DNA of 64,000 bases from Sphaerodactylus townsendi (lineage: Eukaryota): NCBI RefSeq assembly GCF_021028975.2, contig NC_059438.1, forward strand, positions 21,266,001-21,330,000, written 5' to 3'. Each line of letters begins with the position of its first letter. Within the stretch, counting starts at the first letter, position 1. The notes beneath the pieces are model-generated. The model had not been told where the DNA came from. It was given only the letters and a program-made list of their open reading frames with translations, and did no database searches. The position numbers and the translations under genes are program-made. Shown one piece after another: positions 13,070 through 25,600 of the stretch.

Positions 13070-13860
13070 AGCACTCTGTGCGCGCTCAGAGGGCATCTGA
13101 TCTTTTCCTTCTAGAATTCCGTAACAGGTTCTGGGTCCGATCCTTCTCTTGCTAGAAGGTCAGATGCAACCCTCCCCACCCCGCTTGCTCCTGAAGCAGA
13201 GCGAGCCGAGCTGTTGCCGGAACGGGGAGAAAGAGGGCGGGCGGGCAGGCCGGCCGGCCCCGCTCCACCGGTTGGATTCCTTCCTGGCCACTCGGTCTGC
13301 AGGAGGCGGAGCGTCCGGCGCCCCTCGAGGCTCCCGGGACGGACTACGCGCCCCCAGCCGGAGGCGCCCGGAAGCCTGGCTGGCCCGCCCGCGCCCCGGA
13401 CCTCTCCAGCCCGCCGAGCCCTCCCCGGGGGCGGAGACGGCCGGCCTCCCGCGCACCCTTCTGGGGAGCCAGCCGAGCCACCGCCCCGGAACTCCCGGCA
13501 GCCGAGCAGGAGGCCCGCAAGACGGCCAGACCGCCTCGGCCCCTCGCCGGAGCCAAGCGGCGCAGCACCGACGGCGGAGTCCCGCTGGGGCCGCTCGGAG
13601 CGCTTTTGGCCGCGCGTAAAGGCGCCGGTGGGGCGGTGGGTATCATCCCCGGACCAGGGAAGGAGCGGCGGCAGCAGCAGTCCGGGGGTAAGGGGTTAAA
13701 GCAAAGCCCCCGGGGTGCAGACCTCCCCCCAGCCCAGCTCGACTGGTTCTGGCGGAGGGGGCTGCCCAGGTCCCGGCGTGCGGATTTGGAGCCCAGTCCC
13801 GCGAACTGGATCCCGGAAAAGCGCGCCCAGGATTGTTGGCAGCGCCTGGCCGGAGGAGAG
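13070..13860 (+). promoter_or_regulatory. CpG island / ELMO3 promoter and probable non-coding first exon
   Basis: Very GC- and CpG-rich, with GC boxes (GGGCGG). Candidate donor GGG|GTAAGG at 13687/13688. The ATG-containing exon has its own acceptor at 16640-16641. Confidence 0.8.
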
Positions 13861-13896
13861 TCTAGTCAGCCTGGTCCCAAAGTCTGGGAAGTGAAA

Positions 13897-14053
13897 CTTC
13901 CTTTCCTTTCTCTTTTCTTTTTTAACTCCCCTTTTCTTTCCCTTTCTCTTTTCTTCCCCCCTCTTCTTTTCTTTTCCTTTCCTTTCTCTTCCCCATCTTT
14001 TTTTCTTTTTCCTTTCTTTCTCCCCCTTCTTCCTTTTCCTCCTTTCCTTTTCT
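13897..14053 (+). repeat. ~155 bp almost pure polypyrimidine low-complexity tract
   Basis: Runs of C and T with only a few A residues. Confidence 0.9.
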
Positions 14054-15830
14054 GAAAGGGGCTTCTGTGCTGCAGGCTTGCATGCCTCTCTGTGTTCTGG
14101 GAGAATGGAGACAGCAGCGAACTGGTTCTGCAGAAAATATTTTTATTATTATTATTTTTTCACGGCCAGTTCCAATATTGTAGTTCTCCCACCGCCCTTT
14201 TCTTTTTCTCTGTGGAAGCATGCCAGGTGGGAAAAATGCATTGGAATTAGTTGTCGAAAACTGACTCCACCGGGAGTTTGTCTGTTGGTGGGATGTGTGT
14301 GTGGCTCTTGGAATGTGTCTCTGAACAGCTTCTAGGATCGGAATGAATGGCTTGCACGAGAGAACTGAGGGTCTTGGGTGGCATGGCTTCTGTCGGAGGG
14401 AAGATGGCCTAGAGAGGGAGCTTAGGCCCTGGAACTGGACTTCATAGTTTCAATTGTAGAACACTCGCCTGTTTCGTGAGAGAGTGCCTTGAACATGCAC
14501 AGAGTGTCAATTGCAGTGGTGTAGCTATAACTGACCTTCCCATATATGGAATCGCAGCCATGCTGGGATATGTTTATAGGTGTCCGATACCTGTCAAGCT
14601 TTAGTGTAGTTTGTCTGAGTCCCTTAAGATAAATGTGAATTAGTTTAGCCAACTTCCAGGTGGAACTTCCATGTTCAAAGGCACTAAACCTCTGAATAAC
14701 ATTGCCGGAAAGCAACATCGGAGGGAAAGCCTCGGCCTCTGTGCCCTGTTGTTCGACCTTCGGAGGAACTGGTTGGCCACTGTGTAAGGCAGGATTCTGG
14801 AGTAGATGGACCGCTGGTCTGATCCAGCAGGGCTCTTGTTGTGCGCTTGTGTACCTTTCTCCCCAAGACTAAAACAGGTGCTTGTATCTGTTTTCTGTCC
14901 TGGTGTAACTATTACAGTGCTATCAAAATGTATGATTCTCTACAGCAGTGGTTCTCAACTAGTGGTATGTATATACCAGTGGTAGGTATATATACGATGG
15001 TTGGAGGTAGAATTTTCAGAACTTTAAGAATCTGTTCTTCTCAACCTCCATATCCACCTGCAGACGCTGTTTCCTGCAGATCCCACCTGCCATGGGTTAT
15101 CCGTCTGTGACCTTTTGGCATGCTTGTAGTAATCTGGGCGCTGGGTGTTTGTCCTAATCCTCTGTTCCTCTTGCCCATCAGGAAGTGTCTTTGATGTGCT
15201 ACTTCCTGCTAAATAATTTGTGGCTCTGTAATTTTTATGTCCTGTAATCGTAAAAGTCCCCGTCTTGGGAAATGTGGTGTTTTGTCTGTCCTGGTTGGAC
15301 TCTGATTCTTTGGGAGAGTAATTGACATAATATATTGTCTTGTACTGCTTTGAACAGGTTCAAATAATTACTTGTACAGTGGAAACTTGCTGGTTGACTT
15401 TGGGCCAGTCGCAAGCTCTCGGGCCTCACCCTGGCTACTATTTGGATAGGAGACCTCCAAGGAACACCCGGGGCGTGACACGGACGCGGAGGCAGGCAGT
15501 GGCAAACCACCTCTCAACATCTCTTGCTTTGAAAACCCTGTGGGGTTACCATAAGTCAACTGTGACTTGACTGCAACAACTAATGCATGTTCATGCCTTG
15601 TAAACTGTGTGGTCCTGCAGTGCCATGAGTTGGTTGTGACAACAGCACACAATTTTTATTATTCAGGATGCCTCTTTCTGGAAAAGAGTGGTCTCTGCCC
15701 AAGGAGCTTCTTGTGTAAAATGTGATATATGGGGGATGGATCTGTGCTTGTTTAGTTACTTGTACTTTTGCTTCTCCGTGTGTGGGTTTCTTGGTACAAC
15801 CTCTCCTTGATCCATCGGAAAGCACATAGG

Positions 15831-15978
15831 CAGGGGTCTGCAACCTGTGGCTCTCCAGATGTTCATGGACTACAAATCCCATCAGCCCCTGCCACCATGG
15901 TCAATTGGCCATGCTGGCAGGGGTTGATGGGAATTGTAGTCCATGAACATCTGGGGAGCCGCAGGTTGCAGATCCCTG
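15831..15978. mobile_element. Palindromic hAT MITE (148 bp)
   Basis: Near-perfect fold-back CAGGGGTCTGCAACC...GGTTGCAGATCCCTG with a perfect 8-bp TSD, CACATAGG. Confidence 0.92.
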
Positions 15979-16076
15979 CACATAGGGAAGTGATCTGCAG
16001 TGGCTTCTGCCATGTAGATCCCTCTGGAAACGGGGAGGTAAGATTATAGCATTAAGCCCTGGGAGCTGCCTCCTTT

Positions 16077-16361
16077 GAAGAAGAAGAGTTTGAATTTGTA
16101 TCCCCCCTTTCTCTCCTGTAGAAGACTCAAAGGGGCTTACAATCTCCTTTCCCGCCCCCCACCCCGCAGCAAACACCCTGTGAGGTAGGTGGGCTCTGAA
16201 GAACTGTGACTAGCCCAAGGTCACCCAGCTGACATGTGTTGGAGCGCACAAGCTAATCTGATTCACCAGATAAGCCTCCACAGCTCAAGTGGCAGAGCGG
16301 GGAATCAAACCCAGTTCCCCAGATTAGAGTGCACCTGTTCTTAACCACTATACCATGCTGG
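16077..16361 (-). mobile_element. Squam3-like SINE
   Basis: Full-length reverse copy starting with (GAA)n. Confidence 0.88.
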
Positions 16362-16677
16362 CATGCTGTAGAGATTGCAGGTGACAGACGTTTTGGGCTG
16401 TTGTTTGGGCCTGGATGTGCTTTCTCTGCAAGTTGCTGAACTTCCAAGGCTGTGTCTGAGTGACTGACCAGTCTTTCTTTTGTTGCCTGGAAGATCAGTG
16501 GTTCTTCTTGGTGGTGGGTGGACCCATCAGGGCCAACGTAGACATGATGGTGGCCACAGGTCTGACCTCTGGATGCCGTAAGGTCTCGTTTAACCCTAAG
16601 TGGCTCCTGGAGAGTTTTCTTGACACCTTGTTCTCTTTCAGGAGTTGCTTTGAAGTGGAAACAGGAAGGGCAGGACC

Positions 16678-19600
16678 ATGCCGCCCTCCAAAGATGTTGT
16701 GAAAATTGCTGTCCAGATGATGGGAGCCATCCCCCAGCTCATTGAACTTAACCAGGTAACACTTCTCTTCCTTGCCATTTTATGCCTTGCCAAGTCTGGA
16801 TTAGCTTCCACGGCTGGAATCACTAGGGCCGTGGTGGCGAACCTTTGGCACTCCAGATGTTATGGACTACAATTCCCATCAGTCCCTGCCAGCATGGCCA
16901 ATTGGCAGGGGCTGATGGGAATTGTAGTCCATAACATCTGGAGTGCCAAAGGTTCACCACCACTGCACTAGGGCGTTGTGGGTTTTCCGGGTTGTATGAC
17001 CATGTTTCAGTAGAATCCTCTGAAGATGCCAGCCACAGATGCAGGCGAAACGTCAGGAGAAAATGCTACTGGAATACGGCCATACAAACCGGAAAACCCA
17101 CGACGCCCTAGTGATTCCAGCCGTGGAAGCCTTCGACAATGCTCTGGATTAATTGTTTTTCTGACTACTGTATCGAATAGCATCCCAGCTCGTGATCCTT
17201 TCAGTGTCTCAATATATTTGGGATGCAGATGATTGGCTTTGTTGCCAGTGTTGGATCTGGAGGGGTCGACTCATGCTGAAGTCTCCCTATGATTGTTGAT
17301 TTCAGGCAAAGCCCTTGTCTGCAGTTGTGAAAGAAGTTTGTGAAGCGTAAGTAATTTTTGCTCATCACCTTTATCTTGTTGTCTCTTGACATGCTGTGTC
17401 CAGGGTGGTACAGGACAGACTTAGCTTGGTCCCAGCAATTAATTGGCTGTCTGGTTTACTAAATACAGCAAGATGAGCTGGTAACATGAACTTCCGACTA
17501 CAGGCAACTTCTACAGAGCTTTCAGCCCCTGGATGACGATGCAGCCATCCCTGAACTTGTGCCATAATGTTTGTGGTGCAAGTTCCTTTCCCTTATGGGC
17601 TTCATGGGGGCAGGAAGATTTCACAGTGTTCCCCCTACCCATGCTGCCAAGGTGGCATGCTCCCCTGCCTGCATTGGGCTGTAAGCCTTCCTAAAACTCT
17701 GCCCAGTCCCAGCCTGTCTCTTGCAAGCTCAAGCTCTTTGAGGGTTTCATGCTTTATATTCCGGCTTTTACGATTCCTCCTGTTGCTAGATTCATCACAG
17801 TTCCCTTGAGTTTTTTAAAAAATGAAAACAATGTAAACTTCTTGCAAGTAGAAAATTAGCATCTATGGGAGCAGGCTGGGGTCAAACCATATTCCCTGAT
17901 GTGCCAATTTTTCTCAGGTAGAGATAGGGGTTTAAACGTTGGAGAGGATTCAAAAATGGTGTCCCTCCCTCCAGTCTGAAGTTTATATGCATGTACGCGG
18001 CCTGGGACCTTACGCGGCCTGGGACCCTCGTATCTTCCAGACCGCATCACCCCATATGTCCCTACATGGCCTCTTCGTTCAGTGGAGGCCAACTTACTGG
18101 TGGTCCCTGGCCCCTCGATGATGCGGCTGGCCTCCACACGGGCCAGGGCCTTTACGGCTCTGGCCCCGGCCTGGTGGAACGCTCTCCCACCAGCTGTCCG
18201 GGCCCTGCGGGATCTTGGTGAATTCCGCAGGGCCTGTAAGATGGAGCTGTTCCACCGGGCCTTTGGAGGGACCGGCTGCTGATGGTGCCCCCCCTTCTTG
18301 GCTCTTACATCTGGGCCTGATACCATCTGATGGGACTCGCCGATCCTGCCTTTGGGAAAGGATTTAATAATGGGTAGCTGGGCGCCACCTACATCTATAA
18401 TTATCAGTATCACAGTTAGTTTTTCGCTGCTTTTATAGATTTTAATTAAATTATGATGGTTTTATGATTGTATTTATTATATGTTGTACACTGCCCGGAG
18501 CCCTTCGGGGATAGGGCGGTATAAAAGTCTAAAATATAAATAAATAAATAAATAAATAAAATGTAGCTGAAGCCCTTTTGGTGGTCTCCGTTACAGGTGG
18601 AACTTGAATAATTCGGAACGTTATGCCCTGCAGTATGTGGACGGCCAGCAGGCCTACATCACGGAGTCGGTGAGAGTGTTTGGCGTACTGTTTCACTCCT
18701 CAGCCAGCCCCTTATTCCTTGGCCATTTCTGGCTGCTCTGCTGGATGTTACAGATTTTGATTCCTTAACTGTTTCTCTTTTTTTCTCTTGTCTTGCTAGA
18801 ACCGTGGAGAGATTAAAAACGGGAGCATCCTGCAGCTGACGACTGCACCGGTGGGTTCCTTCATAAAACTGTAACTGCTGCACGTTGTCAGGACCACATA
18901 GAATCATAGTGTTGGAAGAGACCACAGGGGCCATCAAGTCCAACACCCTGCCATGCAGGAACACACAATCAAAGCACTCCTGACCACCTCTCTGCTAAGG
19001 CAGGGTCTGTCATGCATTTCTCCCAAATAGAGGGCCAGCGTGATGTGGGGGTTAGAGTAGGATCGGAAAGATCTGGCTTCAGATTCCCCTTCTGTCTTTT
19101 GGATTTCTTTTCTATTACTCCAGCCAGATTTCAGACCTCTCCTTACCATTAATCATCTGGAAAGCTCATAGAGCAAAGGAGCCAACCGTATCTGTGTGTG
19201 GTGTTTGCCGCTGTGTTCTTTTCCTAGCAAGTGTTCTCTAAAAATATGTGTTGTCTTGCTAATAGTAGGAAGAGGAAAAGATATTTGTCTGTTTATTTTT
19301 ATTTTACAAAATGTGTATTCTCACAAGGGCCACCAAGGCTGCGAACAAATGGAAACACACATCACAAAACCCGCTGTTTAAAACCAGTAAAATCAACCCC
19401 CCCCCCCCAAAAAAAAACAAACAAACACCCAAAGCAGAACCTCCAAAGATGGCTGCCATGATTTGGCTGTCAGAGGCCCGTTTGGCTGCCATTGTTAACC
19501 TTTGAATATCTTATACCTCTGGGCTGCCCGCCTCTTTGGTGGGATGTCAATGCATGCCAGATTATCTCCCTGTTTCTCTGCCTGGCAGGATCACGAGGCA

Positions 19601-22570
19601 GTGAAGCTACACGCTGGGATCCAGAGCAACCACATGAATGTAAAGACAGACTCTTTGAAGAAACTGGCCAGCCTTTCCCGAGACGTTGCTTTCGCTCAGG
19701 AGTTCATCAGCAGGAATGGCCTGCACCAGCTCTTCCTCATTGTGGAAGAGGAGAACAAGTGAGTGTTGTGTTGGAACTGGATTTTGGGGATGCATCCACT
19801 CTGTCTGGATCTTTGGCTGGGTCTGCTTCTTCTTTCCTGCCACCCGCAACGTACCTTCCTAAGACACAAGCTGGTGTATTTCTGCACGATCTTTCCTATG
19901 GTCAAGTGGAAGGGAGCTGCCATTTAGATATTTACACATTATTCTGTTGTTAATAAGCACCTCAGCGTGTCCAGTTCAGCAGAGCCCATCTGGTCTATTA
20001 ATCCCCAGCATGGCGCCTCTGGGCACCACAGCATCCACCAATGTGTTTCCTGGTGCCCACTTCCTCTTTTGCCAAAACAAATGCCAATCTTTGCTTCCTT
20101 CATTGGAGCCGGAATTGCTGGAGAAGAGCCAACGTGGCATCAAGAACACCCACCTAGAAACAGTTGCCTCACTCATAAGAGGATGCTTGGCTTGGAACTG
20201 CCCAACATCCTTAGACTGGCCCCTGCCCTCATTTTGTGTTGACCACACTCTTCCCTCCCTCACCTTGGCAGGCATTTTGTGACCTATCTGTTCTCAAAAT
20301 CCCTAAGTGTCCACAGGCTCCATTGTGGTCCATTGATGACTACTGGCCATGTGTCTAAAAGCAGTAAACATATGAATGCCAATGCCAGGAGGCAACATCT
20401 GGGGAAGACCTTGGCCTCTATGCCCTGTAACTAGTGGGTAACTAGTGTAACAAAGGGTAACTAGTGGGTCAGTGTGTGGGACAGCAGGATGCTGGATTAA
20501 ATGGACCAGGGTCTGATCTACTAGGGCTCTTCTGTGCTTGAACAACCATGATAAGGTCGGGAAGAGCTACAAGCTGTCTGTGCTGTTCAGAATAATCTAT
20601 GTTCATTTAAATCAAATGTAGAGACTTGTCTATCTAGTGGCAGAAGTGGAGATATTTAGAACAGAAATCTATGTTTTCTGGATTTGCTTCCTGACTTTCT
20701 GAATCTTCCTTTTCCTGGGAATGTTGATACAGAAACTTTCTCCTTTTCCTTTCCTTTGCTTTCCTTCCCTCCCACTCTTTCTCTAGGTGTCTCTAATGCA
20801 TCATCCCTGTGGTTTCTGGGCATCCCTCTTCCTCCTCCTCTGGCCCCTCATGGGTGGCGCTTCTAGAGCCTTCTCATACTGTTTGCTGTCTGTTGCTCCA
20901 GTACAGGGGACACTCTAGCGCACGCTCTGAAGGCCTTCATGGAGCTGATGGAACATGACTTCGTTTCTTGGGAGACCCTCAGTCCAACCTTCATTAAAAA
21001 AGTAAGCATTGCCTCAAACACAGACAGCTGGGCCTAGCTGTCTAAATCCCTGGTTGGGAGGAACTCTAGCTGGCAAATATTTGTGTATTCTAGGAGATGA
21101 GCACTCAAATTGGGCTCTTTTGAAGCATTATAGGAATCCAAAGAAGGCTAAAGGGTGGTGGCAGGCATCCCTTTTATGATACTTGTGCTACCATTTGTAC
21201 AAAAGTTTGGACTTTGTTCATTGCAGAGGTTCCATCAAAAGTCACTTGTACTTTTAACCTAGTTTTGTAATGGGAAACTGTCTAGGTCGGTTATCCAGCC
21301 TCCCTCTTTATAGTGTCAAGGGCCTTTATAGTGTCAAGAGCAGCAGTGGCGTAGTGGCTAAGAGCAGTGGCTAAGAGCAGGTGCACTCTGATCTGGAGGA
21401 ACCGGGTTTGATTCCCAGCTCTGCCGCTTGAGTTGTGGAGGCTTATCTGGGGAATTCAGATTAGCCTGCGCACTCCCACACACGCCAGCTGGGTGACCTT
21501 GGGCTAGTCACATCTTCTCGGAGCTCTCTCAGCCCCACCCACCTCACAGGGTGTTTGTTGTGAGGGGGGAAGGGCAAGGAGATTGTAAGCCCCTTTGAGT
21601 CTCCTGCAGGAGAGAAAGGGGGGATATAAATCCAAACTCTTCTTCTTCTTCTTCTTTCCTAGCCTGAGCGCCTTAAAAGGAAGATGTTAGAGATTTACTC
21701 AGCAACCTGTGTACTCTACCATAGAGTCAAAGTGTGTGTGTGAAAACAGCTGTGCAGAATTTGATTCTCTGAGCCTTATCGTGTTTCTTGGTTGCAGATC
21801 GTGAGCTACGTCACTGTTGCCTCGATGGACCCCCCCATCAGGCAGCTTTCACTAGCCATCTTGGAGAACATGGTGCCCACCAGCCGCTCACTTTTTGAGC
21901 TGGTCAAGCATGAAGTGACTCTGGACCGCCTCATTGCTCTTCTGCAAGAGTAAGCATAAAACAAACCAGTGGCTGCAACTTGGCAGCTGTCTTGTCCCTT
22001 TTTATTTCTAACTGCCTCAAAGTCCTTCCTCTCTGCTATCAAAGCAGGTTTCATTTAGCAAGCCATATGTCAGAGGGGATCATGGCGGTAACAGAGTGTC
22101 TTTGTGTGGTTATTTCCCACCCTCTTGACTTGCCTGGCCCTGCCCATTTAAAGTATTTTTAGGTGTGTTGTTAATTTCTGGTGTTAGAGTTCTATTGGTT
22201 ATATTGCTTGTATGTTTGTTATGACGTGGAGTATTCTAGCTGCTCTGAGCCCGACTAATTTAGGCAGAGTAGGTTAAACATCAAACAAATGCATTCCAGT
22301 CCTCCCACCACTAGAGGGTGTTAATAAGTAATTGGCATATTGTTAAGCTATAGCAATGTGTCAATTACGAATATTTTTTTAAAAGACCCGAAAGGTAATG
22401 GGGGGCAGGGTGGCCATGGGGGTGTGGCGGGGGGGGAGGTTCTGGGGCGAGGAAAAAATAATCTGATGTGGTTTGGATCTGCCAAAATGTGCACCTTCCC
22501 ATCTACTCACCATTGAAAAGTGTTTTGACTGTGAATTTTCCCCTAAAGGCTGCAGCTTTACTAGGTTTGG

Positions 22571-22618
<48 letters not shown>

Positions 22619-25600
22619 CTACCCTGTTTCCCCGAATATAAGACATCCCCTGAAAATAAGACGTAGTAGAGGTTTTGCTGAAGTGCGAAATATAAGGCAT
22701 CCCCCAAAAGTAAGACGTAGCAAAGTTTTTGTTTGGAAGCATGCCTGACGAACAGAACACAGAAAAATAAGACATCCCCTGAAAATAAGACATGGCGCAT
22801 ATTTGGGAGCAAAAATTAATATAAGACACTGTCTTATTTTCGGGGAAACACGGTACTAATCCTGTTTGGGTACCACTCCTGAAAGGTGTAGACATCTAAA
22901 AAAATCTAATACAATAAAATCTAATAAAACAAAATTAAAACAATAAATTTTCAAGCTTAAAAGCAAATTCCAGAGGAGGGACATTTCTGGTTGTGGAAAT
23001 GGCGCAGAGGGGAAGAGGGAACCACTTTCCTCCCTACTGGCTGCTCAGCTTTACATCTGGGAATCCAATGACCCGTGCCCCCATGTTGCTTGTGGTTTGG
23101 CCAGAGGCCTTGCTGGGTCGGGGTCGGGGGAGCTGTGGGGAGCTCCTGACCCGCCTGGCAGCTGCATGATGCTCAGTTTTTTTCTCCCTTTGCTCCTCTT
23201 TTTCTTTTAGGATGATTCAGCCCCTGCAACTGAAAGCTATGGCTCTCCTTATTGCTCTGCTCCTCAATGCCAGTGAGCCGGAGAGGAGGGTAAGGGGTGA
23301 TTACCTGGTCACATAATCCAGCGGCACCGGAGTGGGGGCAGGAGAGCAGGAGTGCTTAGACAAGCTGGAACGGGTCCAGAGGAGGGCAGCCAAAATGGTA
23401 AAGGGTCTGGAATCCATGTCCTAGGAGGAGAGACTTACGGAGCTGGGGATGTTTTGTTTGGTGAAGAGAAGGTTAAGAAGGTTCACTTTGGTAAAAACCT
23501 GCATGTTGTGTGACCTCAAAGGCCTTGTCAGTCCAGGACCATCATCGTGCCTCCTTTCTGTTTCCAGGCCATGATGGACTATCTGGGGGAGAAGAACCTC
23601 CGGCAGTTTATTCACAAGGTGGGCATTCATTTAGGCATTTGGGTCTTTCTGGCATCCATTTTCTCGCCATGGAGTTTTTGCCACTCTCGCCTCTTAAATT
23701 TCCTGCTTCCAGCATTTTGAGGAACCCACCCAAGTTCAGCGTGTCTCTCAGCAGCTCCAGTCGTTCACTGCCACGCTGCTTCCTGCTCCTCTGTGTCCTT
23801 GGTGAACATTTGTCTCATTTCCATTGATGTGGGGAGATGGAAGATTGCATTGTGGCCGAAAAGGGCGGGGCAGTGTGGGTGACCAGCTGTGTGGTACCTT
23901 TCCTCTAGAACATTGTCCATGCCTTGGAGCCAATTGGTGACGAGATGGCCCACTACCTCTACGTGCTGCAGTCCCTCATGCTGAACCTTCTGGAACATCG
24001 GATGAGGACTCCCATGGATCCTTATTCACAGGTCTGCCTCCTTTTCCCTCCTTTTCTGTCACAGTTCCCCTGTTCCTGTTATCCACTCATCCTGCTTGCG
24101 TGACTGCTGCCATCCTTTCCCTCCGGACCTGGACCTTTTTGCCTTCTCTTTTATGTTTTTCATACGCTTACATCCTTCTGTTTCATTTCATTTCATTTTA
24201 ACCTTTAATGGCATATAAATTATTAGCATATTTCCATTTAAAAGAGAAAACTTTTAAAACATTTAAATACGGGTGTTTAAAATGCTTTCCAAGAATTTAG
24301 CCACTGCCAAGGTGATCGATGGATTACAGTCACTTAGCAGAAAGCGAGTGGTCTGGAACTTGGAGTGCTCAAGTCTTGGAAGCAGCAGAGGGTGAATTAA
24401 AATCATGCGCAGGTTACTGTGAAGACAGCATTCCAGAAGAATATGAGTTATGGTTTCTATAGATCCACATCCGCAACGGCATAGTCTCTGATGTTTAGGG
24501 ATCTCAGTTGCAGATCTCCCTGAGGTTTTCAGCTGGATAGAGGAAAAAATATTAAGGCATGCTAGCATGAATGCACAACGTTGGTTAATGGATAACAGAG
24601 ATGAGAGATATTTAGCGACATCCTTCTGTTAATTTTTAAAATATGCCAATAACGGTATAATGAATGAATGAAGTATAAAGGGAACAAGAGCCAACCTGAT
24701 GCCTGTTCATTTGGTTTATTCCACACGTACTAATTTATGCTTTTCTGGTGGAGGGATGCTGCTTTTGTGGTGGGAAGTTTCATCTCCAGTGAACAGGACC
24801 TTGGGTAGTACAACTGGGAAAGGTCCCTGCTGGGTTCCTTTAGGAGTGCTGGGTAGATGGTACTGGGCTGGATGGACCGAGATGCCTTTGCTGGATATGA
24901 GGCACCGCTGCATGTTCACCTTGGGACATAACCGCAGTTATATTCTGTGCACAGGAGCAGAGGGAGCTTCTGCAGTCGCTGCGCCACTCCGCCTTCGAGT
25001 TGGAGAACGACTCTTCCTCCAGCAGTTTCAACACCGAACGACGGCGCTCTCTCTGTGCCAAGGAATTCCGCAAGCTGGGCTTTGTGGTGAGCACTTGCCA
25101 GGTTATCATTCTAGAGCCGTGGTGGCGAACCTTTGGCACTCCAGAAGTTATGGACTACAATTCCCATCAGCCCCTGCCAGCATGGCCAATTGGCCATGAT
25201 GGCAGGGGATGATGGGAATTGTAGTTCATAACTTCTGGAGTGCCAAAGGTTCGCCATCACAGTTCTAGAGGGTCATGTCCTGCAAGCAACGGGAGAGCAG
25301 CCAAACACTCCAAGTGCCCCTCCCTTGGACAAGTTTTGCTGGAGGGTAGCGCAGGGGAGGCCTCCTTATTCAGAGCAAATTAAAAAAAACTAAACAAACC
25401 TAAAAACAGACACTGAGAAAACTTCTCTTTCAGGCCAGATTTGCCTCTTCAGTCAGATTTGCCACTTTGCTGGCAATCCTGAGTTGCAGATTTTCACGTT
25501 ATGTACATCTTTGAACGATGTTTATGTCTGGAAAAGCAGGGAAGGCTAAGAGAACTCGTAGGATATTTTAAAAAGATAATGGGTTTAGAAGAAGAAGAGT

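Larger units (their letters stand above)
16803..17140. mobile_element. Penelope-like element relic, fold-back structure with a hammerhead motif
   Basis: Left arm GCTTCCACGGCTGGAATCACTAGGG(MITE)CGTTGTGGGTTTTCCGG is the reverse complement of the right arm CCGGAAAACCCACGACGCCCTAGTGATTCCAGCCGTGGAAGC. Central CTGAAGA...CGAAACGTC. TCTGGATTA occurs on both flanks. Confidence 0.82.

Noticed and set aside
13149-14055. Several 100-160 aa ORFs on both strands
   Set aside because: Low-complexity Pro/Arg/Gly/Ala or Phe/Leu products expected from a CpG island and a pyrimidine tract; no recognisable homology.
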